The position numbers and the translations under genes are program-made. Below, one piece after another: positions 8,831 to 18,938 of a stretch of 64,000 bases of DNA. Under the pieces are notes generated by a model that was not told where the DNA came from, searched no databases, and worked only from the letters and a program-made list of their open reading frames with translations. Source of the DNA: a bacterium (GTDB lineage Bacteria; UBA8248); the NCBI GenBank assembly GCA_965219955.1, contig OZ244799.1:3872001-3936000 (forward strand), read 5' to 3'. Each line of letters starts with the position of its first letter. The first letter of the stretch is position 1.

Positions 8831-9859
8831 ATGGAAGGTTCATCGAGCAACAAATTTTTCCTAAGACGCCTGACCGGGAGCGTAACCAACCGCTTCGGCG
8901 TCACGGCATTGCTCGCCTTGGCCGTTCTCGCGCCTTTCCTGGTCCAGAACGATTACTATATTCAGCTTTGCACGGAGATCCTCATCGCGAGCCTGCTCGC
9001 CATCAGCCTGAATTTTCTCATCGGCTACACCGGCCTCGTCTCCCTTGGCCATGCGGTGTACCTGGGCGTGGGCGCCTACGCCTTCGCCCTGCTGACGAAG
9101 AACGCCTATCCCTCCATGTGGGCCGGGTTGATAGCGGCGGGCGCGTCGTGCGCGCTTTTGGCATGGTTCATGGGTGTTTTCTGCGTGCGCCTGGCGGGGC
9201 TTTATTTCGCCATGCTGACGCTCGCGTTCTCTCAAGTCGTCTACACCGTCGCCTACTACTGGCGCGACGTCACCGGCGGGGACGACGGGATGCTCGGCAT
9301 CCCGAAGCCCGAAATCGGGATTCCGGGCGTCTTCAGCATCTCACTGGAATCGTTCACGAACTTTTATTATTTCGTGCTCGTCATCGTGGCGGCTTTGATA
9401 TTTCTCGCGTGGAAAATCGCCAACTCCCCTTTCGGCAGGGTTTTGCAGGCCATCCGGGAAAACCCCGAGCGCGTGGAATTCATCGGACTGCCCGTGCACA
9501 GGTATAAACTCTACGCCTTCATCATCGCAGGCACCCTCGGCGGTTTCGCCGGGGGTCTTTACTCGACTTTTCAGGGCTATATTTCACCCGATCTGCTCTA
9601 CTGGACCCAATCGGGCGAGATCGTTCTGATGACGATCCTGGGCGGCATGTATTCTTTCCTGGGGCCGGCCTTCGGCGCGGGGATGCTCTTGTTCATCCGG
9701 GACACGGTTTTGAATTTCATGGAGTACTGGAGAATCGTCGTCGGCGGCATTCTGGTGCTCCTAGTCCTGTTCCTCCCCGGCGGAATCCTGGGATTCTTCG
9801 AAGGGTGGGCCTCCAGATTATCGATTGGTGGAAACGATGGCGACGACGCCCGTTCTTGA
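8831..9859 (+). CDS. Liv-type ABC permease (LivM-like)
   Basis: Motifs GYTGLVSLGH, YFAMLTLAF, TGGDDG and SPFGRVL.AIREN. Confidence 0.92.
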   Translation: MEGSSSNKFFLRRLTGSVTNRFGVTALLALAVLAPFLVQNDYYIQLCTEILIASLLAISLNFLIGYTGLVSLGHAVYLGVGAYAFALLTKNAYPSMWAGLIAAGASCALLAWFMGVFCVRLAGLYFAMLTLAFSQVVYTVAYYWRDVTGGDDGMLGIPKPEIGIPGVFSISLESFTNFYYFVLVIVAALIFLAWKIANSPFGRVLQAIRENPERVEFIGLPVHRYKLYAFIIAGTLGGFAGGLYSTFQGYISPDLLYWTQSGEIVLMTILGGMYSFLGPAFGAGMLLFIRDTVLNFMEYWRIVVGGILVLLVLFLPGGILGFFEGWASRLSIGGNDGDDARS

Positions 9860-10589
9860 GACCCGGAGTCTCACCAGGTCGTTCGGATCGCTTCTGGCGG
9901 TCAACGAGGTGGACTTTCAGGTCCCTCAGGGAGAGCTCTGCGCCGTCATCGGGCCGAACGGGGCGGGGAAGACCACCTTTTTCAACCTGATTTCAGGGAG
10001 GCTCGAGCCGACTTCGGGCGGCGTTTTCTTCGAAGGAGAGGACATTACGGGCTTTCCCCCGCACGCTGTGGTGAAAAAAGGGGTGGGCCGTTCTTTCCAG
10101 ATCACGAACATATTCCCCAGGCTTTCGGTTCTGGACAACGTCCGCATCGCCGTCTTGGCGAGACGGGGAAAAACGCTCGATATGTTCTCTCCCATCGAGA
10201 AGCACACCGAAGAACAGGATGAGGCGCTCGTGATCCTCGGCGAGGTGGAACTCGAACACAAGGCGCATCACCCCACCACCGAACTCGGCCACGGGGAGAG
10301 GAGAAACCTGGAACTGGGCATCACCCTCGCGCTGGAGCCCCGGTTGATCCTGTTGGACGAGCCGACGGCCGGCATGTCTATCGAGGAGACGTCGAGCACG
10401 ATCAATCTCGTAAAGAAGATATCCGCGGATAAAACGGTCGTCTTCACCGAGCATGACATGAGCGTGGTTTTCTCGATTGCCGATCGCATCTCCGTCCTGC
10501 ATCAGGGGAGCATCATCGCCGAGGGAACGCCGGATGAGATTCGAAACGACGAACTCGTTCGCCTCGCCTACCTGGGGGAAGAGGTGTGA
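9837..10589 (+). CDS. Liv-type ABC ATPase (LivG-like)
   Basis: Walker A GPNGAGKT, Walker B LLDEPTAG, C-terminal AYLG. Confidence 0.93.
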   Translation: MATTPVLETRSLTRSFGSLLAVNEVDFQVPQGELCAVIGPNGAGKTTFFNLISGRLEPTSGGVFFEGEDITGFPPHAVVKKGVGRSFQITNIFPRLSVLDNVRIAVLARRGKTLDMFSPIEKHTEEQDEALVILGEVELEHKAHHPTTELGHGERRNLELGITLALEPRLILLDEPTAGMSIEETSSTINLVKKISADKTVVFTEHDMSVVFSIADRISVLHQGSIIAEGTPDEIRNDELVRLAYLGEEV

Positions 10590-11287
10590 TTCTCTCCGTC
10601 GAGAAAATCAATACGTTCTACGGGGACAGCCACATCCTGTTCGACGTGGATTTGACCATCGCCGAAGGGGAGGTGGTGAGCCTCCTCGGCAGGAACGGCG
10701 CGGGAAAGACGACGACGCTCCGCTCCATCATGGGGCTGACGCCCCCGCGGGCGGGCAGCGTTCGCTGGCTGGACGAGGAGGTGCAGCGCCTGAAGCCGCA
10801 TGAGATCGCCAGAAAGGGCGTAGGATTCGTGCCCGAGGACAGGAGGATATTCTCCCGTCTGAGCGTGGAGGAGAATCTCGAAATCGGCGCTTTCAAGCTG
10901 GAGGGGCCGAGCGCCTGGACACTTGAGCGGATATATGGTCTTTTCCCCAAGCTTGAGCAATTGAAAGCCCACAAGGGAAACGAGCTCAGCGGCGGTGAGC
11001 AGCAGATGCTCGCCATCGCCCGCGCGTTGATGGGGGCGCCCAGGCTCGTTCTGCTCGATGAACCCTCAGAAGGCCTGGCGCCGGCCATCGTGAGAGACGT
11101 GGGCGAGATGATCGGCACGCTCAAGGACGAGGGAATCGCCGTCTTGCTGGTGGAGCAAAACACGCGCTTCGCCTGCCGGCTCTCCGGCCGCGTCTACATC
11201 ATAGACAACGGCAGGGTCCGCTTCGGCGGCACGGTGGCCGAGCTCGAAGCGGACGAGGAACTGAAGTCGCGCTATCTGGCCGTATGA
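10586..11287 (+). CDS. Liv-type ABC ATPase (LivF-like)
   Basis: Motifs GRNGAGKT, LSGGEQQM and LLDEPSEGL. Confidence 0.93.
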   Translation: MILSVEKINTFYGDSHILFDVDLTIAEGEVVSLLGRNGAGKTTTLRSIMGLTPPRAGSVRWLDEEVQRLKPHEIARKGVGFVPEDRRIFSRLSVEENLEIGAFKLEGPSAWTLERIYGLFPKLEQLKAHKGNELSGGEQQMLAIARALMGAPRLVLLDEPSEGLAPAIVRDVGEMIGTLKDEGIAVLLVEQNTRFACRLSGRVYIIDNGRVRFGGTVAELEADEELKSRYLAV

Positions 11288-11326
11288 TTTTTGTTTTCCC
11301 TTCAGTGGAAATGAGGAGGACTTTGG

Positions 11327-12334
11327 ATGAACTCCCGCGTTGAATTCGGTTTGATCATGGCCCTGACCATCCGGGGGCTCGCTGTCGGAAACTTCGAGGA
11401 CATGAAATCGGTGGCAGAGGAGGCGGAGCGGCTGGATTTCGATTCGGTGTGGCTTTGCGACCACTTCCTGACGCTCGACCCGAGTTCGTATGCCAAGGAC
11501 GCAGGGTTCGAAGACGAGGGAGCCTCGGAAGGCGTCGGTTCGGGCTCCATCCCCCTGCTCGAAACCTGGACGGCGCTCAGCGCCCTCTCCCAGGTCACGA
11601 AGAAACTCCGCCTGGGCACCAGCGTCCTCAGCAACTCCTACCGCATCCCCTCGGTGCTCGCGAAGATGGGCGCGACGCTGGACCACATCAGCGGCGGGCG
11701 GCTCGACCTGGGCCTCGGCGCGGGCTGGATGCAGGAGGAATACGAGGCCTACGGCATTCCTTTCCCGAGGGCTTCGGTCCGCATCGCCCAGATGGAAGAG
11801 GCCATACAGCTGATCCGCAAGATCTGGACGGAGCCCAACCCCACGTTCGAGGGAGAGCACTACACGATCAAGGGCGCGGTGTGCGACCCACCGCCGGTTC
11901 AGAAACCCTCGCCTCCGATATGGATTGGCGGGGAGGGGAAGAAAGTGCTTCGCGCCGCGGCGAGGCATGCCGATGGCTTCAACGTGCGCTGGTGGCCGCC
12001 GGAGCGCTATCTCGAACGAAAAGACGAGATCGACGCCAACTGCGCGGAGGCGGGCCGCGACCCCGAAGCGTTCAGGCGCTCCCTGATGTGCCTTCTTCTG
12101 CCGAGTTATGACCGCGCGCGGGTCGAGGCCGAAAAAAAGCGATTTGCCGCCATTCCCCAAACGGGTATAATCGCGGGCGAACCCAAGGAATGCGTGGATA
12201 AGATGATGGAATACGTCGACGCGGGCGTTCGTCACTTTCTCTATACGATCCCCGACGTCGCCGACATGGATATGCTTCGCCTCGCGGGAGAGGAGATTCT
12301 TCCCGAGGTCAGGAGTCTGTCGAACGGGGGCTGA
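11327..12334 (+). CDS. Luciferase-like (LLM) flavin- or F420-dependent oxidoreductase
   Basis: Motifs FDSVWLCDH, TLDHISGGRLDLGLGAGW and PPIWIGG. Confidence 0.9.
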   Translation: MNSRVEFGLIMALTIRGLAVGNFEDMKSVAEEAERLDFDSVWLCDHFLTLDPSSYAKDAGFEDEGASEGVGSGSIPLLETWTALSALSQVTKKLRLGTSVLSNSYRIPSVLAKMGATLDHISGGRLDLGLGAGWMQEEYEAYGIPFPRASVRIAQMEEAIQLIRKIWTEPNPTFEGEHYTIKGAVCDPPPVQKPSPPIWIGGEGKKVLRAAARHADGFNVRWWPPERYLERKDEIDANCAEAGRDPEAFRRSLMCLLLPSYDRARVEAEKKRFAAIPQTGIIAGEPKECVDKMMEYVDAGVRHFLYTIPDVADMDMLRLAGEEILPEVRSLSNGG

Positions 12335-12363
12335 CGCCCTCTTCTGAGCAGGGAGATTTTCCA

Positions 12364-13053
12364 ATGAACGAACACCAGGACATGGCCGATTACCTGAAAC
12401 CCACCGAATTCATCGATTCGGACAACCCCGACATCGTCTCGAAGGCGGAGGAACTCACCGACGGCTGCGCGGACGAGAAGGAAAAACTCGGCAACATCTA
12501 TTATTTCGTCCGGGATTTCCCCTACGATATTCTCGATTCGTTCCGCTACCTCGCCGAGGGGAAGCGCCAGGCGAGCGACGTGCTGAACAACGGCAAGGCG
12601 TTCTGCATGGGCAAGGCCAGCATGTTCGCCGCCCTCTGCCGGGCATCGGGCATCCCCTCGCGCATCGGCTTCCAGCAGCTTCATTGCCCCGACAAGCCCT
12701 TCATGAACGAGGAGGTCGCCAAGATCTGGGGCGACCGCAAGCTGCCTTGGCACTCGCTGGGAGAGGCGTACCTGGACGGCAAGTGGCTCAAGCTCGACGC
12801 CACGATCGACAAGGAATTCGCCGCGCGGAAAGGGCGGGTATATTCCCAGGAGTTCGACGGCGTAAGCGATATTCCCTCCGTGGAGGGTCCCCTCATCAAG
12901 GACCTGCCCAGCCACACGGACTACCCGAAAGACGTGGCCGACTGGTATGAGCAGGTGGCCAAGGACGTCGTCTCATCCGTGGAGGAAGACGTTGTCCACA
13001 AAGACGTTCTGAGCGATGAGGAATGGTCCGGCCCCGAGGCGGGGAAGCTATAG
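12364..13053 (+). CDS. Transglutaminase-like (Cys-His-Asp) domain protein
   Basis: Motifs YLKPTEFIDSD, AFCMGKA..FAALCRASGIPSR, WHSLGEAY and WLKLDAT. Confidence 0.85.
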   Translation: MNEHQDMADYLKPTEFIDSDNPDIVSKAEELTDGCADEKEKLGNIYYFVRDFPYDILDSFRYLAEGKRQASDVLNNGKAFCMGKASMFAALCRASGIPSRIGFQQLHCPDKPFMNEEVAKIWGDRKLPWHSLGEAYLDGKWLKLDATIDKEFAARKGRVYSQEFDGVSDIPSVEGPLIKDLPSHTDYPKDVADWYEQVAKDVVSSVEEDVVHKDVLSDEEWSGPEAGKL

Positions 13054-13113
13054 AGCCGGTCACCTCTATGGGGGCGTCTGGTCGATACGTTCTTTCAACC
13101 AAAGGAGCTTTTG

Positions 13114-14622
13114 ATGTCTGGTAGTCTTGTGAAGGTAACCGAGTTTCCGCTCACCCAGGAGGTGGAGCAGCAGTTCATCGACGGCGCCTGGGTGAAAGGC
13201 GAGCGCGGCGAGCCGATAGACGTGCTCAACCCCTCGAACAACGAGACGATTTTTCAGCTCTTCCCGGCTTCGGACGCGCAGGTCGATGAGGCCGTCGCCT
13301 CCTGCTGGCGGGCGTTTCACGACCCGTCCTGGAAGAAGATGCCCGCCCTCGAGCGCGGAAAACTGATCACGAAACTCGCAGGCCTGATGCGCGAGCACGC
13401 GGAAACCCTCGCGAGACTGGAGGCGATCAACACGGGCATCCCCATCAAGGAGAGCCGCCTGGAATCCGCCTCCTCCGCGCGGCATTTCGAGTATTTCGCC
13501 GGATGGGCCGGAAAAGTCGAGGGCAGCGCGCAGCCCCTCATGAACGACCGCCTCATGTACTCGACGAGGGAGCCCCTGGGCGTCGTGGCCATCATCGTTC
13601 CCTGGAACACCCCGCTCAAGCTCATGTCGCGGGGGCTGGCCGCCGCGCTGGCCTGCGGCAACACGGTGGTCATCAAGCCCTCCGCCGTCGCCCTGGCCTC
13701 GGTGCTCTATTTCGGGAAACTGGTGGAAGAGGCCGGGTTCCCGCCGGGGGTGATCAACATCGTCGCGGGTTCGGGGCGCTCGACGGGCGCCAAAATCGTG
13801 GGCCATCCCGACATCCGAAAAATCGTCTTCACCGGCGGTACGGAGGGCGGCCTGGAAGTCTTGGGGCTCGCCGCCACGAACGTGACGCCCGTGCTTGCGG
13901 AGCTTGGCGGCAAGGGCCCCATCATCGTTTGTGAGGACGCCGATCTCGATGAGGCCGCCGACGGCGTGATGAGCCAGGTGTTCGCCCGCCAGGGCGAGGT
14001 CTGTTTCGCCGGCACCCGACTGTTCCTCCCGCCTTCCATCCACGATGCGTTCGTCGAGAAGATTAAAGAGCGCATCGAGGGCATACGCGTCGGCGATGCG
14101 ATGGATGAAGAGACGGACATGGGGCCGCTCATCTCTCCCGGTCATCTCGCCGACGTCGTCGGCTACGTCGAATCGGCGGTCGGTGACGGGGCCAGCGTCG
14201 CCTGCGGGGGCGACCGCGCAAAGCCCGAAGGGGGGCCGGAGGGGAACTTCATGCAGCCCACGGTGCTCACGGGCGTGAACCAGGGGATGGAGGCGGCGTG
14301 TGAGGAGATTTTCGGCCCGGTTCTCACCGTCCATGAGTATGATTCTCTCGACGATGCGGTGCGCGACGCCAACGCCACGGATTTCGGGCTGGCGAGCTAC
14401 GTCTGGACGAGCGACCTGCGCCGGGCGCATCGCCTCGCTCAGGAGCTTGATTGCGGAAACGTGTTCATCAACACCTACCGCTACGGCTCCGAGATTCCCT
14501 TCGGCGGCGTGAAGAAAAGCGGCATCGGCAGGGAGCACGGCGAGGAGGCGCTGCGCGAGTACACCCAGGTGAAAAGCGTCTGCATCGGCCTATCGAGATG
14601 GCATTCCTGGAATCGTGATTAG
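13114..14622 (+). CDS. Aldehyde dehydrogenase
   Basis: Motifs PWN, FTGG, ELGGKGP, GEVC (catalytic Cys), EEIFGP and PFGGVKKSG. Confidence 0.95.
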   Translation: MSGSLVKVTEFPLTQEVEQQFIDGAWVKGERGEPIDVLNPSNNETIFQLFPASDAQVDEAVASCWRAFHDPSWKKMPALERGKLITKLAGLMREHAETLARLEAINTGIPIKESRLESASSARHFEYFAGWAGKVEGSAQPLMNDRLMYSTREPLGVVAIIVPWNTPLKLMSRGLAAALACGNTVVIKPSAVALASVLYFGKLVEEAGFPPGVINIVAGSGRSTGAKIVGHPDIRKIVFTGGTEGGLEVLGLAATNVTPVLAELGGKGPIIVCEDADLDEAADGVMSQVFARQGEVCFAGTRLFLPPSIHDAFVEKIKERIEGIRVGDAMDEETDMGPLISPGHLADVVGYVESAVGDGASVACGGDRAKPEGGPEGNFMQPTVLTGVNQGMEAACEEIFGPVLTVHEYDSLDDAVRDANATDFGLASYVWTSDLRRAHRLAQELDCGNVFINTYRYGSEIPFGGVKKSGIGREHGEEALREYTQVKSVCIGLSRWHSWNRD

Positions 14623-14687
14623 GACGATCCCGTGAATTTCATGTAACTTTTTGGCGCACTTTAAGCGAATCTTAAGGAGGAAACACC

Positions 14688-15653
14688 ATGAAGAAGTTGT
14701 TGCTGGTTTTCGCACTCGCCTTCGTCGTCGCGGCGGTGGCAGCTGCACCCGTCTCGGCGGCCTATCCGACGAAGCCCGTCGAGATGACCATCACCTTCAA
14801 GCCCGGCGGCGCGGCGGACATCTCCGGCCGCACCGTGGCGAAAGCGGCCGAGAAAGTGTTCGGCCAGCCCATCGTCGCCGTGAACCGTCCGGGAGCGGGC
14901 GGGACTATCGGCTTCGCCTACGTCAAGACCGCGCCGGCCGACGGGTACAAGATCGGCTGGCTTTCGGCCTCGATCCTCACCGGCACGACCATGGGAAAAT
15001 TACCCTATGACTACCGCGCATGGGATTACGTTTCCCGCCTGGTGTTCGAAGGGACGGCCATCGTCGTCCGGGCCGATTCCCCGTATAAATCGCTGCCCGA
15101 CCTCGTGAAGGCGGCCAAATCGAAGACGCTCAAGATCGGAAGCGCCGGAGCCGGCAGCTTCACCAGGCTCACGGCATCCGCACTCGCCCAAAAGGCGGGA
15201 TTCAAGTTCCGTCACATCCCCCTGGGCAAGCGCCGCGTGCCCAGCCTGCTCGGCGGTGAGGTCGACGCGATTTCCGTCCACCCGCCCGAGGTCCTGGCCC
15301 TTCACAAGGCGGGCAAAGTCCGCATGCTGGCCGTCTCCTTCCCGAAGCGTCATCCGGCGTATCCCAAGGTTCCCCTGTTCAGCGAGCACGGGTGGGACGT
15401 CGGCTTCTATCAGTTCCGCGGGCTGCACGTTCCCAAGGGAACGCCCAAAGAAGCGGTTCAAGCGCTCCACAAGGCGTTCGCGGCGGCTGCGAAGGACCCG
15501 AAAGTCCTGGCCACCGCCGAGAAGCGGGGTTTCCTGGTCTCCTACATGGGCCCGGACAAGTTCCCGGCTTTCGTGGCCAAGCAGAACGCTCTGATCAAGG
15601 CGGTCGTCGTATCCTTGGGTCTGGACAAGAAGAAAAAGAAGATGAAGAAATAA
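14688..15653 (+). CDS. TTT substrate-binding protein (TctC/Bug family), second copy
   Basis: Signal peptide, motifs YPTKPV...PGGAAD and NRPGAGG, AAGGAGG RBS. Confidence 0.92.
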   Translation: MKKLLLVFALAFVVAAVAAAPVSAAYPTKPVEMTITFKPGGAADISGRTVAKAAEKVFGQPIVAVNRPGAGGTIGFAYVKTAPADGYKIGWLSASILTGTTMGKLPYDYRAWDYVSRLVFEGTAIVVRADSPYKSLPDLVKAAKSKTLKIGSAGAGSFTRLTASALAQKAGFKFRHIPLGKRRVPSLLGGEVDAISVHPPEVLALHKAGKVRMLAVSFPKRHPAYPKVPLFSEHGWDVGFYQFRGLHVPKGTPKEAVQALHKAFAAAAKDPKVLATAEKRGFLVSYMGPDKFPAFVAKQNALIKAVVVSLGLDKKKKKMKK

Positions 15654-15701
15654 ACTTCTGAATCGTGACGAGGACGAAAAGCCACAAGGGATCCGGTGTT
15701 C

Positions 15702-16187
15702 ATGACGGAGGTGAGTAACAAAATAAAAAGCAACCTCGGACGCCTCGCCGTTCCGATCCTTCTGGTGGTTTTCTGTATCTGGTATGGTTCGATTATTCTG
15801 GAGTTGCCCCAGGGGCCTGGATCAGAAGGTCCCCTGGGGCCTTCTTTTGTGCCCTGGGTGTGGGCTGCGCTCCTGGTCGTCCTCACGCTTGTCGATATCG
15901 GGACGGACTACCTCGGTAAAGCGCAAGAAAATGCGCGCGTCGCCATCGAGCGCAAGGGCGTTTTCGACGCCTTGATCCTGTGCCTCATGCTGGTGGGCTT
16001 CGCCCTCCTGATGCAGTACGTCGGCTTTTCCGCCTCGGTTATCGCGTTTCTCGCCGTCTCCATCCGGTGGAGCGGAATCCGCTCCTGGAAAATCATCATC
16101 CCCTACGTCGTCATCTTCGCCCTGGTGGTGAACTACGTCTTTCACCACGTGCTCAAGGTTCCCCTGCCCCAGGACTGGCTCTTCTAA
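15702..16187 (+). CDS. TTT small membrane subunit (TctB family)
   Basis: Hydrophobic, motifs LGP.FVP and VF..VLKVPLP. Confidence 0.85.
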   Translation: MTEVSNKIKSNLGRLAVPILLVVFCIWYGSIILELPQGPGSEGPLGPSFVPWVWAALLVVLTLVDIGTDYLGKAQENARVAIERKGVFDALILCLMLVGFALLMQYVGFSASVIAFLAVSIRWSGIRSWKIIIPYVVIFALVVNYVFHHVLKVPLPQDWLF

Positions 16188-16189
16188 AG

Positions 16190-17680
16190 ATGAATCTCCT
16201 GGTGGACGGCCTCGTCCAGGCGCTGGCGCTGAAGCCTCTTCTGTTCGCCGTTCTGGGAAGTTTCTTAGGGGTCATCTTCGCGGCCATTCCGGGCCTTACG
16301 GTGAGCATGGGCATCATTCTCCTGCTGCCCTTCACCTTCCACATGGCGAGCGTCACGTCGATGAGCCTTCTGGTGGGCGTTTTCGTCGGCGGGATGACGG
16401 GGGGGAGCATCTCGTCCATTCTCCTCAACATTCCCGGCAACCCCGCCGCCATCGTCACGAGCCTGGACGGACACCCGCTCGCCCGGAAGGGCCGGGCGGG
16501 CGTCGCGCTGGGCGTGGCTTTTTTCTCGAGTTTCCTGGGCGGGCTGTTCAGCCTTGTCTGCCTGGTGACCATCGCCCCCCAACTGGCGGAATTCGCCCTG
16601 AACTTCGGCGCGCCCGAACTGGCGGCGCTGGTCCTGCTAGGGCTTTGCCTCATCTGCGGATTCGCGCAAACCTCGATGAGCAAGGCGCTCATCTCGGGCG
16701 TGCTGGGCCTGAGTTTTTCCACCGTGGGCATGGACCCCATCGACTCGATACCGCGCTTCACGTTTTCGGTCGTGCAGATTCAGCAGGGCGTTTCTTTCCT
16801 GCCGGTGATGATAGGGCTTTTCGCGGTGCCCGAGATCATCTCGGGCATGCGCGGCTCCGCCGTCTCCCTGCCGGATTTCTCGACGCGCCTGCGCGACCTG
16901 CTGCCATCGCCGAAAACCCTGGCCGGCCTCTGGAAGACGCTCGCGCAATCCTCCCTCATCGGGACCACCATCGGACTGTTGCCGGGTACGGGAAGCGCCG
17001 TCGCCGCCGTTCTGAGCTACAACACGGCGCAGCGCCGCTCGCCGGAACCCGAATCGTTCGGGAAGGGGAAGCTTGAGGGCGTGTCCGCGCCCGAGGCCGC
17101 CAACAGCGCCATGACCGGCGGCGCGATGATCCCGATGCTCACGCTGGGCATCCCCGGCGACCCCGTTACCGCCGTCATGCTCGGCGCGCTCACCATCCAG
17201 GGGCTCGCGCCGGGGCCGCTCCTGTTCGAGAGCCACGGCGGTTTCGTGTTCTCGATATTCGGGTCTTTCTTCATCGCGCTGTTCCTGACCATCGTCATCG
17301 CGCTTCTGGGCATCCGCCTGTTCGTCCAGGTGCTGCGCGTGCCGCCCGGGCTGCTCTTCCCGAGCATCGCCGTGTTCTGCGTCATCGGGGCGTTCGCGCT
17401 CCAGAACAGTTTTTTCGACGTTTTCCTGATGATCGGCTTCGGATTGCTCGGCTATTTCATGCAGAAGTTCGACTATCCGATCATGCCCCTGCTCCTGGCG
17501 ATCATCCTGGGTCCGGTGTTCGAGAAAAACGCGAGAATGTCGCTCATCCTCTCGGACGGAGACCCCGGCATTTTCTTTAGAAAGCCCATCAGCCTGGTGT
17601 TCCTGACCCTGGCCTTGCTCTACCTCATCAGCGTTTTCGTGAAGAGGACTTCCCTTTTTCGAAAACCGGATCCCGCCTGA
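16190..17680 (+). CDS. TTT large permease (TctA family)
   Basis: Motifs ILLNIPG, LDGHP, APEAAN and LTLGIPGD. Confidence 0.93.
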   Translation: MNLLVDGLVQALALKPLLFAVLGSFLGVIFAAIPGLTVSMGIILLLPFTFHMASVTSMSLLVGVFVGGMTGGSISSILLNIPGNPAAIVTSLDGHPLARKGRAGVALGVAFFSSFLGGLFSLVCLVTIAPQLAEFALNFGAPELAALVLLGLCLICGFAQTSMSKALISGVLGLSFSTVGMDPIDSIPRFTFSVVQIQQGVSFLPVMIGLFAVPEIISGMRGSAVSLPDFSTRLRDLLPSPKTLAGLWKTLAQSSLIGTTIGLLPGTGSAVAAVLSYNTAQRRSPEPESFGKGKLEGVSAPEAANSAMTGGAMIPMLTLGIPGDPVTAVMLGALTIQGLAPGPLLFESHGGFVFSIFGSFFIALFLTIVIALLGIRLFVQVLRVPPGLLFPSIAVFCVIGAFALQNSFFDVFLMIGFGLLGYFMQKFDYPIMPLLLAIILGPVFEKNARMSLILSDGDPGIFFRKPISLVFLTLALLYLISVFVKRTSLFRKPDPA

Positions 17681-17756
17681 GCCTCCGTTTTTATTCGGCG
17701 CGCGGCAGCAGGAGTGAAACGGGAAACTTTCCGTCCCGCGAAATGCAGGGGTGCCG

Positions 17757-18938
17757 TCAGGGTTTCCTGCGTTCGTCGAATCTTTCGAGCAGTTCGCCCA
17801 GCGCGTTCAGCGGAACTACTTCGCCGTCCCGGCGGGATTGCCGCTCCGGGCCTCCATAGACGACGGCACCGAGAGCGATTTGCGGCAACGCCTTCGCCAC
17901 CCGGTGAAAGGCATCGAACCAGTCGGAGGCGACCGTCGCGCCGGACTTGGCCTCGATGACGCCCACCCCGTCGCTGCTTTCGTAGAGAAGGTCGCACTCC
18001 AGCCCCCGGACGTCGCGGAAAAAGGACAGATTGGAGCGGCGCCCCCGGTTGAAGCGGTGCTTGAGGGCTTCTACGACGACGGCGTTCTCGAACAGCGCTC
18101 CCCGGAGCGGGTGGGTTCCCAACTGCCCCGCATGCTCGATGCCGATGAGGTGACTCGCCAGCCCGACGTCGTGGAAGTAGAGCTTGGGTGACTTGACCAG
18201 CCGCTTGCGGACGTTTGCGAAAAACGGCGGAAGCTGGAAAACGATGTAGCTCGCTTCCAGAATCGTCAGCCAGTGGCGCGCCGTGGTGTGGGAGACGCCG
18301 GCATCCGCGCCCAGGGACGAGAGATTGGACAACTGTCCTACGCGCCCGGCGCAAAGGCGCACGAACCGGCGGAAGGCGGAGAGGTTGCGGATCTCGCCGA
18401 CCCGGCGCACGTCGCGCTCCACGTAGGTTTCGAAATAATCGCCGAGCGCCTGACAAGGTTCGAGTTTTTGATCGTGAATCCGGGGGTAGAAACCGGAGTA
18501 GAGGACGTCGTCAACCTCCTCGCTCGCGCCCGTCCGCCGCCTTTCGGCAAGCGAGAACGGCAGCAGGCGGAGAAGCCCCGTGCGCCCGGCGAGCGACTGG
18601 CTGATGGCGCCGGAGAGTCGGAACTGCTCGCTGCCCGTCAGAACGAAGAGGCCGTTTCTTCCCATTCCGTCGGCCAATACCTGGAGGTAGGACAGAAGAT
18701 CGGGAACGCGCTGAATCTCATCCAGGATGGCGCCCTCGCCCAGCCGGGAAAGGAAACCCCGGGGGTCGGTCTCGGCAAATTCCCGCAGGTCCGGCGCCTC
18801 GAGGTTGACGTACTCGAGGTGCGGAAAGGCTGCGCGGCAAAGCGTGGTTTTGCCCGACTGTCTCGGGCCGGTCACCGTGACGAACGGGTATTGCTCGAAC
18901 AATGCTTTGAGGTAGGGTGTGATCTCGCGCTCGATCAT
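17757..18938 (-). CDS. AAA_14 ATPase with DUF4143 and a PD-(D/E)xK-like C-terminus
   Basis: Motifs MIER, GPRQSGKTT, ILDEIQR, LTGS, SLAGR, KSPKLYFHDVG and ECDLL..IEAKSG. Confidence 0.92.
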   Translation of the reverse strand: MIEREITPYLKALFEQYPFVTVTGPRQSGKTTLCRAAFPHLEYVNLEAPDLREFAETDPRGFLSRLGEGAILDEIQRVPDLLSYLQVLADGMGRNGLFVLTGSEQFRLSGAISQSLAGRTGLLRLLPFSLAERRRTGASEEVDDVLYSGFYPRIHDQKLEPCQALGDYFETYVERDVRRVGEIRNLSAFRRFVRLCAGRVGQLSNLSSLGADAGVSHTTARHWLTILEASYIVFQLPPFFANVRKRLVKSPKLYFHDVGLASHLIGIEHAGQLGTHPLRGALFENAVVVEALKHRFNRGRRSNLSFFRDVRGLECDLLYESSDGVGVIEAKSGATVASDWFDAFHRVAKALPQIALGAVVYGGPERQSRRDGEVVPLNALGELLERFDERRKP

